Assembly (NCBI GenBank): GCA_045046875.1
Contig: JASFYY010000116.1
Span: 1-46,116, forward strand
Direction of reading: 5' to 3'
DNA length: 46,116 nucleotides
Source of the DNA: Verrucomicrobiota bacterium
GTDB lineage: Bacteria; Verrucomicrobiota; Verrucomicrobiia; Verrucomicrobiales; DEV007
A program made the position numbers and the translations under genes. Every line of letters begins with the position of its first letter. Position 1 is the stretch's first letter. The notes beneath the pieces were generated by a model, which saw nothing but the letters and a program-made list of their open reading frames with translations, made no database searches and was not told where the DNA came from. This document shows positions 17,376-26,319 of the stretch, in pieces.

Positions 17376-17834
17376 TCAATCCTGTTTCATGCCAAGCCCC
17401 TGAATGAACTTTCTCAATACCTGTTCGGGACAGAGCCGATAGTTGCGGTGCCCTTCCTTTCGAAAAAATGATCTGAGTTCGGCTTTGGTGACGACAAAAT
17501 CAACCTTTTCGAACACGGCAATCACATCTTCATCGCGCATTCCCAGAGCGATACGAAGCTTTTTGAGAATCTCGTTATTGCTAAGAACCTCTAAAGGCTC
17601 AGGAACCGTGCCATCGGGGCGATCACCTCGTTTTTCAATAATGAGCCCATCAAAAAAACGACAAAGATTCGCATCTGAAATGCTTTTGCAGCCCTGCTCG
17701 TCCTCACGTTTCAACCAGCGGCTCACCTGGGATCGGGTGGTTTCCTGCCCTGTTTTACTAATGATCTCAGCCACCTTTGCATCGTTGATGTCCAAAGCGT
17801 GGCGCAAGCGGCGCAAAATGTCATTATTCGTCAT
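17376..17834 (-). CDS. yehS: DUF1456 (YehS) family protein
   Basis: Duplicated NNDILRRLR/NNEILKKLRIAL halves, FFDGLIIEKRG and FRKEGHRNYR. Confidence 0.92.
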   Translation of the reverse strand: MTNNDILRRLRHALDINDAKVAEIISKTGQETTRSQVSRWLKREDEQGCKSISDANLCRFFDGLIIEKRGDRPDGTVPEPLEVLSNNEILKKLRIALGMRDEDVIAVFEKVDFVVTKAELRSFFRKEGHRNYRLCPEQVLRKFIQGLGMKQD

Positions 17835-18037
17835 GAGATAGTTCCTTTTTAACTGTTCAGATATGATTCAAACTGCCTTCGATTTTTTTTGCATTAGATC
17901 GCAGCCGCAGCGTAGCAAGACAGTCGCGGCATAGTTACCTTAGCCCATGTTATCTTTTCAGCCCCTTTTTTTGAGAAATCAGCTAAACTGTTTCTTTTTC
18001 GTAAGAAGCCTCTGCCCGCCGCGTCCCACCTTTCACC

Positions 18038-19288
18038 ATGACTGACTCCCGCCAAACCCGCATCAAAAACGCTCTCTGGGGACTCTTCGCCGGCGATGCG
18101 CTCGCGATGCCGGCACACTGGTTCTACAAGATCCAGAATATCAAAGACATTTTCGACGGTGGAATCACTCAATACGAAGCGGCCCCGCACCCTCATCCCG
18201 AGAGTTTCATGGTCGGCATGGGCTATCACCCTGACGTCAAGGCAGCGCAATCACTGGGACGTCCCTATGACACCCTTCACGAGCACGCCCGCTTCTACGA
18301 CACCTCCTTTTCGGAGCTCAAGATCGCGACGGGTGAGCGCGAGTCCGAACACGGCAATGCGACTCCGTCGCTCGAAGACCGCTATCACTATCACCACGAC
18401 CTTAAGGCGGGAGATAACACCACCGCCGCACAGCTCGTGCGGGTCTTGCTGCGCTCTGTCGCCACAGAGGGCCGCTATGACGAGGATGCCTTTCTGCGGG
18501 AATTCGTCACCTTCATGACGACGCCCAGAAAGCTCAAAGATCCCTACCAGGAGATCTACCTGCGGAGCTGGTTTGAGAATTTTTCCCAAGGTCGTCCCCC
18601 GCACAGCGCCGCCGAACGACAGCGTCGCGTCTGGTCAATCGGTTCTCACGGAGGCATGATCCGGCCTCTGGTGCTTTCCCTCCTTGGCGAGACCGACTAT
18701 CTCGCTCTCGGCATGGCGGTGGAACATCAAAATCTCACCCACCGCTCGGAGAATGTGGCCGCTGCTCTCGGTATCACCGTGCCGCTGCTACAGGATCTTA
18801 TTACCGGCAAAAACCCCATGCAGGCCGCGACAAAACATTCCGCGTCCCTCCGGGTGCCGAAGATCACCGGAGAGGAAATGTTCGCGATGTATCGCGAACA
18901 CCAGGGCCCCGGTAATATCCCGTCGCGAAAAATGTGGCAACTTCACACCCAGCTCTCTGACACGGGTTTTGACCTCGCCTCCATCGCGCAGCAGTCACCC
19001 GAAGACGTCGTGCTCAAACAGTTCGGCACGGCCTGCTACCCCGAACATGGCCTCCCGCTTCTGCTCTACTGTGCGGCTCATCATCAGTTTGACCCCGAAG
19101 CGGCCCTTCTCACCAATGTGAACGCCGGTGGGGATAACGTGCATCGCAACGCCGTGCTCGGTTTGCTTGTAGGAGCCGCCTGCGAATCTTTCCCGGAGCA
19201 CCTCCGCGAAGGACTTTCCGACGCACAAGCGTTACAGCATGAGATTGATGCCTTCGTCGAAGTCGCCGCTTCAGGGGACGTTTGGTAG
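18038..19288 (+). CDS. ADP-ribosylglycohydrolase-family protein (divergent)
   Basis: ALWGLFAGDALAMPAHWFY, LTH and NVNAGGDNVHRNAVLGLLVGA. Confidence 0.85.
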   Translation: MTDSRQTRIKNALWGLFAGDALAMPAHWFYKIQNIKDIFDGGITQYEAAPHPHPESFMVGMGYHPDVKAAQSLGRPYDTLHEHARFYDTSFSELKIATGERESEHGNATPSLEDRYHYHHDLKAGDNTTAAQLVRVLLRSVATEGRYDEDAFLREFVTFMTTPRKLKDPYQEIYLRSWFENFSQGRPPHSAAERQRRVWSIGSHGGMIRPLVLSLLGETDYLALGMAVEHQNLTHRSENVAAALGITVPLLQDLITGKNPMQAATKHSASLRVPKITGEEMFAMYREHQGPGNIPSRKMWQLHTQLSDTGFDLASIAQQSPEDVVLKQFGTACYPEHGLPLLLYCAAHHQFDPEAALLTNVNAGGDNVHRNAVLGLLVGAACESFPEHLREGLSDAQALQHEIDAFVEVAASGDVW

Positions 19289-19386
19289 AACCCGAGAATT
19301 GGGGGATCAAGTGATCAATCGTGACTATTGTCGTTTTCCCAGATAACACTTACTGGCACGAATGTGTCGAGCGTCTTATTACAGCC

Positions 19387-20727
19387 CTACCTGATCAATG
19401 GCCGTGCCCCTCTTTCACGCTTTGCCTGAAATTTCAGCATCTCTACCAACCGCTGCGCCTCATTTTGTTTCATATCAGTTACCGGAATTACAGCTTTACC
19501 ATTGAGTATAGGAAAATCTATATTGGGAGTAAGCACCGCTTCATCATTTACTAAAATGGCTAATTGCTTGCCAATTGAAGATTGGGTTAATGCAGAAAAC
19601 CGGCGCGCTCCTTCTTCAGTAAATTTAATCGCAATCTGCCAACCGTTTCCTCCGAAAGATACAGATGCGCTATCAATATCAGATAATTCAACTGCAATAT
19701 CAGGTGACACACTTAATCCCTCATGAGCTCGATTTTTCACGTTTATTGCTCCTCCTGAATTTTTCACCACAACAAACCGCCACTCGACTTTGGCTTTTTT
19801 TAAATCTAATTTCGCCCCCCAGTTGCCTGAAGAGGTAGCAGGTTTCGGCAGCGACTTTGCAGACTTTTTCATAAGCGCCGCATGGCTGCTCTTAGTTTCG
19901 CCGGGGTAAAGCTTTTCACCACTCCAGTAGGGCTCAAGAATATCCTTCAGTTCTTTTAAATTCAAAGTATTTTTCTTTGAGGCCTTCTTAAATTTTGAAA
20001 CCTCAGGTAAATTTTGAGCGAGGATTTTAATAATGTCACAATCTGCTTTAATAGAGGAATCACCTGCATCCGTCGCATTGACCTCTGTGTAGTAAGTTTG
20101 CACCACCATATACACAAGATTTGCATAATCGTTTCGATTCAATTTGTGCCCTAAATCGGGGATCACTATATCTTCCAAATACGCAACTAGGTCAATATCA
20201 GCATCGGAAAAATCATCTCTGGAAGAAATCATCTTAAGCGAAGAAGGCTCCCCAACAATTAGAGGTTTGCTTGCTCTCGTCATATTGGTGTGCACCATCC
20301 CCCACCAATCAACTTTGCCGTTATTGAATTGCACCGTGAACCCGTTGAGATGTGTCCCGCTCTCAATCGGAAGCCTTTCCCAAGCCAGATGGTAAGAATA
20401 GGAAAAGCTGCCGCCTTCGTCCGGTTTCATTTTCATTGAAGGCTTACCAAAAAAAGCTACCACTTCATTTACACCCATTTCCTTATTCAAAATCTTATCC
20501 AGTTCCCGCTCAGTATAAGGCCGGTCAAGAAAATAAATGCCGCTCTTCTCCCGCCCAGCCTTTAGCACCTGATATTCCTTCTCAGTATAATAATTAGGTT
20601 CCGGCTGAGCGTCATCATTTTCTGTAACGCTCTGCTGTTCATCTTTTGAATATCCGGGTGTAGCCAGAAACACACCAAGAACAAGAATAGGAAAAATTAG
20701 GTTAAGCTTTGAAATCTTCGTTTCCAT
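19387..20727 (-). CDS. Exported protein with a BamE/SmpA-like segment and a C-terminal SecD P1-head-like domain
   Basis: Signal peptide. EMGVNEVVAFFGKP...FTVQFNNGKV resembles SmpA/OmlA; FTEEGARRFSALTQSSIGKQLAILVND...P.I..PILNG resembles the SecDF head subdomain. AT-rich. Confidence 0.7.
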   Translation of the reverse strand: METKISKLNLIFPILVLGVFLATPGYSKDEQQSVTENDDAQPEPNYYTEKEYQVLKAGREKSGIYFLDRPYTERELDKILNKEMGVNEVVAFFGKPSMKMKPDEGGSFSYSYHLAWERLPIESGTHLNGFTVQFNNGKVDWWGMVHTNMTRASKPLIVGEPSSLKMISSRDDFSDADIDLVAYLEDIVIPDLGHKLNRNDYANLVYMVVQTYYTEVNATDAGDSSIKADCDIIKILAQNLPEVSKFKKASKKNTLNLKELKDILEPYWSGEKLYPGETKSSHAALMKKSAKSLPKPATSSGNWGAKLDLKKAKVEWRFVVVKNSGGAINVKNRAHEGLSVSPDIAVELSDIDSASVSFGGNGWQIAIKFTEEGARRFSALTQSSIGKQLAILVNDEAVLTPNIDFPILNGKAVIPVTDMKQNEAQRLVEMLKFQAKRERGARPLIR

Positions 20728-20804
20728 TTTCTTAAATTAATTTCCTGTTATTCGGCTTTCATTCCTCTCATGATTTTTCACCGTAATGTTAACAAGTAAG
20801 GCTC

Positions 20805-20857
20805 CAATCACCTTCAGTTCTTCACAAATCCTTGTTTTTCAGGACTGCCCCCACCGC
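20805..20857. repeat. 53-bp dispersed repeat, copy 2
   Basis: 46/53 identical to 2472-2524. Confidence 0.9.
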
Positions 20858-20871
20858 GGAGCTGTCGCAGC

Positions 20872-22131
20872 TCATTGCCGTATGCAATAAAGATGCGTTT
20901 TTGTGCGGAGATACAGAGAGTCTCCACTAACAGCAGGAGAAGCCAAACCCCCGTCATCCAGAACATTTTCAGCCAGAAGTTCAAATTTCGGTCCAGCTTT
21001 TACCACTCTTGTCTTCCCATCTATACTGAAGAAATAAATCCTGTCTTTGGAAACAATCGGTGAGGCAGAATATTGGCCCCGGATTCTCTCCGACCATTGA
21101 ACCTCCCCGGTCTTAGCATCCCAGCAAGTTGCCGTACCTTTATCACTCACCGCATAGACATAATTACCCACCAATTGCAAGGACGGCATTTTAGGCACAT
21201 CCTTATTCACCTTCCACTTTACAACCGATTCATCCAGCACCCCTTCCAGCTTTCCAGATAAAGCAACCAGGTAAGGTTTGGCAAAACCCGTCGGCAGGTA
21301 GATCGTTTCTCCGGAAATCACCGGCCGGGTGCTGGCTGAGTGATTGCCATGCTCATCAAAGCGCCATAACTCCTCCCCTGACTGTGGATCATAGCCGTAG
21401 ATTGCCATTGCCCCCTGACTGATCAATACCTTCCGCCCCCCAAGGGTGGCGACATGAGGAGTCGCATAGGCTTTGCGCAAATCTCCATCCATCTTGGGTT
21501 TACCCTCACTATCCAGGTCTTTAAAATCCACCGAGCGCTGGGTTTTCCAACGGGTCTTGCCAGTTTGTTTGTCGAAGGCCATGACAAACTGATGATCGGC
21601 CCCGTCATAATTCAAGATCAATAGATCTTCGTACAAAATCGCAGAGGAACCCGCTCCGCGAAAATGATCGCAGACAATGTCCTCCCTTGTCCAAAGCACT
21701 TTGAAAGTCTCGGTATCCAGGCAGGCCGTGCCCGGCGATCCAAAAGTGACATAAACCCTGCCCTCTTCTATTACCGGAGTCGGAGAAGCATAAGTATTAA
21801 ACTTGTGCGCAAACTGAGGCTCGGTGATGTCAAACAACTTGCGATCCAGAAGAATTTTCCCTGATTGCTTATCCAGGCAGAGAACCGATAGCTCCTTCCC
21901 GTCGGGCGTTGCCGTCGTCAGCCAGACTTGTTTGCCATAAATGACTGGCGAGGACCATCCACGACCATGGATGGCGGTTTTCCAAACCACATTCTTGTCT
22001 TCACTCCAGGTGGTGGCAACGTCTGCATCTTGCGTCGATCCGTCCCCCATGGGACCTCGAAACTGCGGCCAGTTTTCACCTGCCAATAAAACGGTGCAAG
22101 AAAGCAATAAGATGGATAGGGTTAGTTTCAT
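20872..22131 (-). CDS. PQQ-binding-like (BamB-like) beta-propeller protein
   Basis: ENWPQFRGP, GWSSPVI, YASPTP, ASPAV and LYLRTKTHLYCI; a family expanded in PVC bacteria. Confidence 0.92.
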   Translation of the reverse strand: MKLTLSILLLSCTVLLAGENWPQFRGPMGDGSTQDADVATTWSEDKNVVWKTAIHGRGWSSPVIYGKQVWLTTATPDGKELSVLCLDKQSGKILLDRKLFDITEPQFAHKFNTYASPTPVIEEGRVYVTFGSPGTACLDTETFKVLWTREDIVCDHFRGAGSSAILYEDLLILNYDGADHQFVMAFDKQTGKTRWKTQRSVDFKDLDSEGKPKMDGDLRKAYATPHVATLGGRKVLISQGAMAIYGYDPQSGEELWRFDEHGNHSASTRPVISGETIYLPTGFAKPYLVALSGKLEGVLDESVVKWKVNKDVPKMPSLQLVGNYVYAVSDKGTATCWDAKTGEVQWSERIRGQYSASPIVSKDRIYFFSIDGKTRVVKAGPKFELLAENVLDDGGLASPAVSGDSLYLRTKTHLYCIRQ

Positions 22132-22367
22132 AAAGAGGAATGGTCGGAATTTGTTTTTTAAGATTATACCATTTCAACGGCCGGATTGGTGTAAATCTGG
22201 AGGTATTTTCGATCAGGTCAAGCTGATAGGAACGAGCTCCATAGAGGGTAAGCCAACAAATCTTGATTTACGATTAAATTTCACCACCAACCACTACCGC
22301 TGGATTCGAGTTCATCTCAAGCTCGGAAAAGCTTGTGTCCCCATCGAGAGTCTCTAAAATCGCCGCA

Positions 22368-23888
22368 ATGCTCCCTCACTCAATCATACGCTCGCTCCTT
22401 TCCCTCCTCTTTTTCGGGCTAACGGTTTGTGGGTCGGGATACGCCGGGAAGGCAATCTCGATCGGCCATCACCGGCAGATGTTCATCGACGACTTCCTCA
22501 TCGAAGAAAGCGAGAACATCACGCGAAGGCTTTGCCCGGTTGAAAAGCATCCGGAAAACCCCGTCGTGCGCCCGGACCGCCTCTGGGAGGGGCGGCTGGC
22601 CGTGCCACAGGGATCCGTGATCTACGACGAACAAGAAAAGCTTTTCAAGATGTGGTACACCACCAATGTGCAGTCACGCGGAAAGGGCGTAAACTTCAAC
22701 AAAGGCAAGGCACTGGCCTACGCCACCAGTAAGGATGGGGTGCATTGGGATAAACCTGAAATGGACATCGTCATCGAAGACGATCGCAAGACCAATCAGG
22801 TCATCGCACCGATGGAATTCGGCTACATGTACCAACCCTATTTTGTCTTCAAGGACTTGATGGAGAAAAATCCTCAGCGGCGTTACAAAATGGCCTTCCT
22901 ATCCATTCAGCGGAACGTCAATGACCCGAATGTCGCTAATCATGATAACACCCGCAGAGGTTCGGGCGTGGCGTTCAGTGCGGATGGTCTGCACTGGAAC
23001 AAGGTCAAGGATTTCGCCTCCGATGAGCTGATTGATATCAGCCATTTCATGATCGACCCGACGCGTGAGGATAAATACGTCATCTACGGCCGAACGCTGA
23101 AGGTGCTGCCCGAGATTCAGGAGGCCTGGAAGGGATACGATTGGTTCGAGTCCGTCTACGGCGGACGCGCGGTGATTCGTTCAACCAGTCGTGACTTCAT
23201 CAACTGGAAGCCGGCGGAATTTATCCTGGGGCCCGATTTGCAGGACCCGCCCAGCACCGAAATTTATTCGATGAATGTGTTTCCCTACGAGGGAATTTAT
23301 CTGGGCCTGGTGCAACGCTATCTCTGCCGTCTCGACAAAAGCACCATCGATATCCAACTGGCCATCAGTCGGGATGGGGTACACTTCGCGAGACCCTTCA
23401 GGGATGCCTTTTTTTCCCTCGGCTCGATCGGCACCTGGGATCGTTTTCAATTGCACAACATGTCCGGCCCACCGCTTAGTCAGGACGATGAACTGCGATT
23501 TTATTACGGAGGACGAAGCTCCCGCCACCGCCCTAATACCATGACTGATGCCAAAGCGGGCGGAGCCATTGGCCTGGCTACCCTCTTAAGGGATCGCTTC
23601 GTTGCGGTAGAAGCCAGTTTCGACGGCGGACGCCTACTCACCAAGCCGGTAAAATTCGAGGGAGCGGCAATCAAAGTGAACGCCAATACCACATTCGGTA
23701 AAATCGAGATACGCTTGCTCGACGATCAAGGCAATCCACTCAAAGGATATGAGGCAAGCATCGAAGGAATCGATTCGGTTGAGCATACAGCACCCTTTGA
23801 AAAAACGTTGGAGCCGCTCCAGGGACAATCAGTGCAAATTGAATTTAAAATCTACAACGCGCAGTTGTATTCGTTTTCGATTCAGTAA
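22368..23888 (+). CDS. Exported five-bladed beta-propeller glycosidase-like protein (GH32/43/130-like fold)
   Basis: Signal peptide; KHPENPVV, FKMWY, and repeated SxDGxHW boxes (SKDGVHW, SADGLHW, SRDFINW, SRDGVHF). ATG 22368 preferred over GTG 22335. Confidence 0.75.
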   Translation: MLPHSIIRSLLSLLFFGLTVCGSGYAGKAISIGHHRQMFIDDFLIEESENITRRLCPVEKHPENPVVRPDRLWEGRLAVPQGSVIYDEQEKLFKMWYTTNVQSRGKGVNFNKGKALAYATSKDGVHWDKPEMDIVIEDDRKTNQVIAPMEFGYMYQPYFVFKDLMEKNPQRRYKMAFLSIQRNVNDPNVANHDNTRRGSGVAFSADGLHWNKVKDFASDELIDISHFMIDPTREDKYVIYGRTLKVLPEIQEAWKGYDWFESVYGGRAVIRSTSRDFINWKPAEFILGPDLQDPPSTEIYSMNVFPYEGIYLGLVQRYLCRLDKSTIDIQLAISRDGVHFARPFRDAFFSLGSIGTWDRFQLHNMSGPPLSQDDELRFYYGGRSSRHRPNTMTDAKAGGAIGLATLLRDRFVAVEASFDGGRLLTKPVKFEGAAIKVNANTTFGKIEIRLLDDQGNPLKGYEASIEGIDSVEHTAPFEKTLEPLQGQSVQIEFKIYNAQLYSFSIQ

Positions 23889-24180
23889 GGTCTGAGCTAT
23901 TACCGACCTCGTTCAAGTTTAAATGCCCATCATTAGCCAAAGATTTATTGACCCGAATAGCACTACATTAGGCTGATTCGCCGTAAGCCCCCTTCACTAT
24001 TATCTGCAAAACTCCTTGTTCCATCAGTTATTCAGGTCAGTGAATATTTTTATAGCAGTGCTATTCTCTCCTGACTCCTCCTCAGCCACATAACTTACAG
24101 ATTTACACGCCTAATTTATCTGTGTTTACTTTGGTCCATATCAGCAGTGAGGCTAAGTATCTTTTAACCACTTGTTCTAT

Positions 24181-26223
24181 ATGAAAATCCCCTCGTTCAT
24201 TCCTATAACACTCCTATCCACGCTCCTTTTTTCAGCAGCTTCCATTGCGGAGGGAGCTGAACTCATACTAGTGGAAAGCGGAAAACCGAAGACCGTGATT
24301 GTGCTGGCCGATAAACCATCACTCGCTGCGAGGATAGGAGCTGCGGTTTTAGCCGCTCAACTAGAACGCGTCTCGGGCGCGAAGATCCCCATTTTCGCTG
24401 AGCGCCATCTGCAGGGCACAACGATCGCGGATGACAGGATTCGGGCTACTGTGCAAAGCTCCTCTCCGCAGACTTTCATCTTAATCGGAGAAAGCAGTAT
24501 AACCAATAGGCTCGGAGTAAAAGTAGAAAACCTTGGCCCGGGGGGCATTCTCCTTCGCACCTTCCCGAACTCACTGGTGCTGCTCGGGGCAGATGAAAAG
24601 ACCCCGTCCGATTCCAACGGAACGCGATACGCAGTGACAACTTTCCTGGAGGAGGCACTCGGATTTCGCTTTCTCTGGCCTGGAGAACTGGGCCTTGTCG
24701 CACCTCCGCGCAAGACTATACGTGTGCCCGACCTCAACAAAACATTCACCCCGATGATCACTCAGCGGAGGATCCGCAATTCAACTTACAATTCCCGCAT
24801 ACAGGTGGGACTCGATTATCTCGACCTAAACAAGAAGGACTATGACAAGCTCGATACAGTGATAGCCGGCGGAGTCGAGTTGCCAAGTTGGTTCGCGTGG
24901 CAGCGGCTCGGCGGTGACGCCGGACTCGTGTCGGGGCATGCCTACGATTACACCTGGGAGAAATATCATCACAAGCACCCTGAGTGGTTTGCGATGCAAC
25001 GCAACGGATCCCGCGATCTCACCAAGCTAACACCACAACGTGCACGCCTTTGCACATCGAACCTCGATCTTATCGATGCACTCGCAGCAGACAAGATTGC
25101 GGAACTCGATCGAAGCGGTAAAGGAAGCATTTCCTTGTCACCCAGTGACGGAGGGAAAGCAACCTTCTGCATGTGCGCGGAATGCAAAAAACTCGATCCT
25201 GCCGAGGGACGGGTGACGCAGTTGTGGGACTATAACCTCCAGCAACCTGAATACTTTGATTACGTCTCGCTCACCGACCGCATGGTTTGGTTCTGGAATC
25301 AGTTGGCAACACGCATCACCGCGAAACATCCGGACGCTTGGCTCACCCTTTACGCCTACAGCGCCTACCACGCGCCGCCGATACGGGAGAAGTTGCATCC
25401 GAACCTGGCGGTTGGCTTTGTCCAGATGAACTATCGCAAGGAAACCGCACGTCTGCAGGCACGCAAGGACTGGAACGCGTGGGCCATGACGGCGAAGAAA
25501 CTTTACTGGCGTCCGAATCTGCTGCTCTTTGCGCGTCGCGAAGGAACTCCAGCACTCTATGCCCACAAGCTCGGTGAGGACTTGAGTTACTTTGCCCACC
25601 ACTCGCTGATCGGGACAGACTTCGATGCCTGCATGCATCATTGGTCGACGGAGGGGCTCAACTACTACGTGCTAGCCCGTTTGCTGTGGAACCCGGATAA
25701 AAGCGTGGATGCCATTCTCAATGACTACTCCCAGACAGGATTCGGAAAGGGGTGGCGCGATGTACGCCGTTATCTGGCGAAAATCGAACAGCTGACGAAC
25801 GGGATCGCTGAAAAAGAGTCGAGCGTCACTTCACCCTATACACCAACAGTGATCGCCGAATTGCGAGGCATGCTCGACTCAGCCGACAAAGCGGCTGCCG
25901 GAGATAAAATCGTTCGCCGCCGGATTGTTTTCCTAAGATGGGGACTTGAATTCACTTCCCTGCAAAACCGCACGCACAACTACCACGCCCGCCACATCGT
26001 CAAGACGTTGAGCGAGGCTGAGCAAAGAGAGTTGCTCGAGCTCCAGCAGGAAAAGTGGCTCTTGATGCGGCGCATCTTTCGCGAGGATCCTTTGGCGGTG
26101 AACGTTGCCATGGTTGCCTGGGGTAGTGAAGGCGACTTCCGCAAACTTCGCTGGAATGGTGCAAAGAGCGTGCCAAACTCGGTCATCACCGCGGACGAGG
26201 AAGGGCGACCAGAGGGTAAGTAG
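24181..26223 (+). CDS. DUF4838-domain exported protein (GH-like N-terminal domain)
   Basis: Signal peptide; GTRYAVTTFLEEALGFRFLWPG, HPEWFA, LCTSN, CMCAEC, YAYSAY..PP and NYYVLARLLWNP. Confidence 0.85.
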   Translation: MKIPSFIPITLLSTLLFSAASIAEGAELILVESGKPKTVIVLADKPSLAARIGAAVLAAQLERVSGAKIPIFAERHLQGTTIADDRIRATVQSSSPQTFILIGESSITNRLGVKVENLGPGGILLRTFPNSLVLLGADEKTPSDSNGTRYAVTTFLEEALGFRFLWPGELGLVAPPRKTIRVPDLNKTFTPMITQRRIRNSTYNSRIQVGLDYLDLNKKDYDKLDTVIAGGVELPSWFAWQRLGGDAGLVSGHAYDYTWEKYHHKHPEWFAMQRNGSRDLTKLTPQRARLCTSNLDLIDALAADKIAELDRSGKGSISLSPSDGGKATFCMCAECKKLDPAEGRVTQLWDYNLQQPEYFDYVSLTDRMVWFWNQLATRITAKHPDAWLTLYAYSAYHAPPIREKLHPNLAVGFVQMNYRKETARLQARKDWNAWAMTAKKLYWRPNLLLFARREGTPALYAHKLGEDLSYFAHHSLIGTDFDACMHHWSTEGLNYYVLARLLWNPDKSVDAILNDYSQTGFGKGWRDVRRYLAKIEQLTNGIAEKESSVTSPYTPTVIAELRGMLDSADKAAAGDKIVRRRIVFLRWGLEFTSLQNRTHNYHARHIVKTLSEAEQRELLELQQEKWLLMRRIFREDPLAVNVAMVAWGSEGDFRKLRWNGAKSVPNSVITADEEGRPEGK

Positions 26224-26319
26224 TAAGTAGCTACGAACTGGATCATTCATGGCGGACAATGACTTATTGACTTACAATCAAATTTAATCACCAACCAAGA
26301 CTATTTCAGTTTACCTTGA

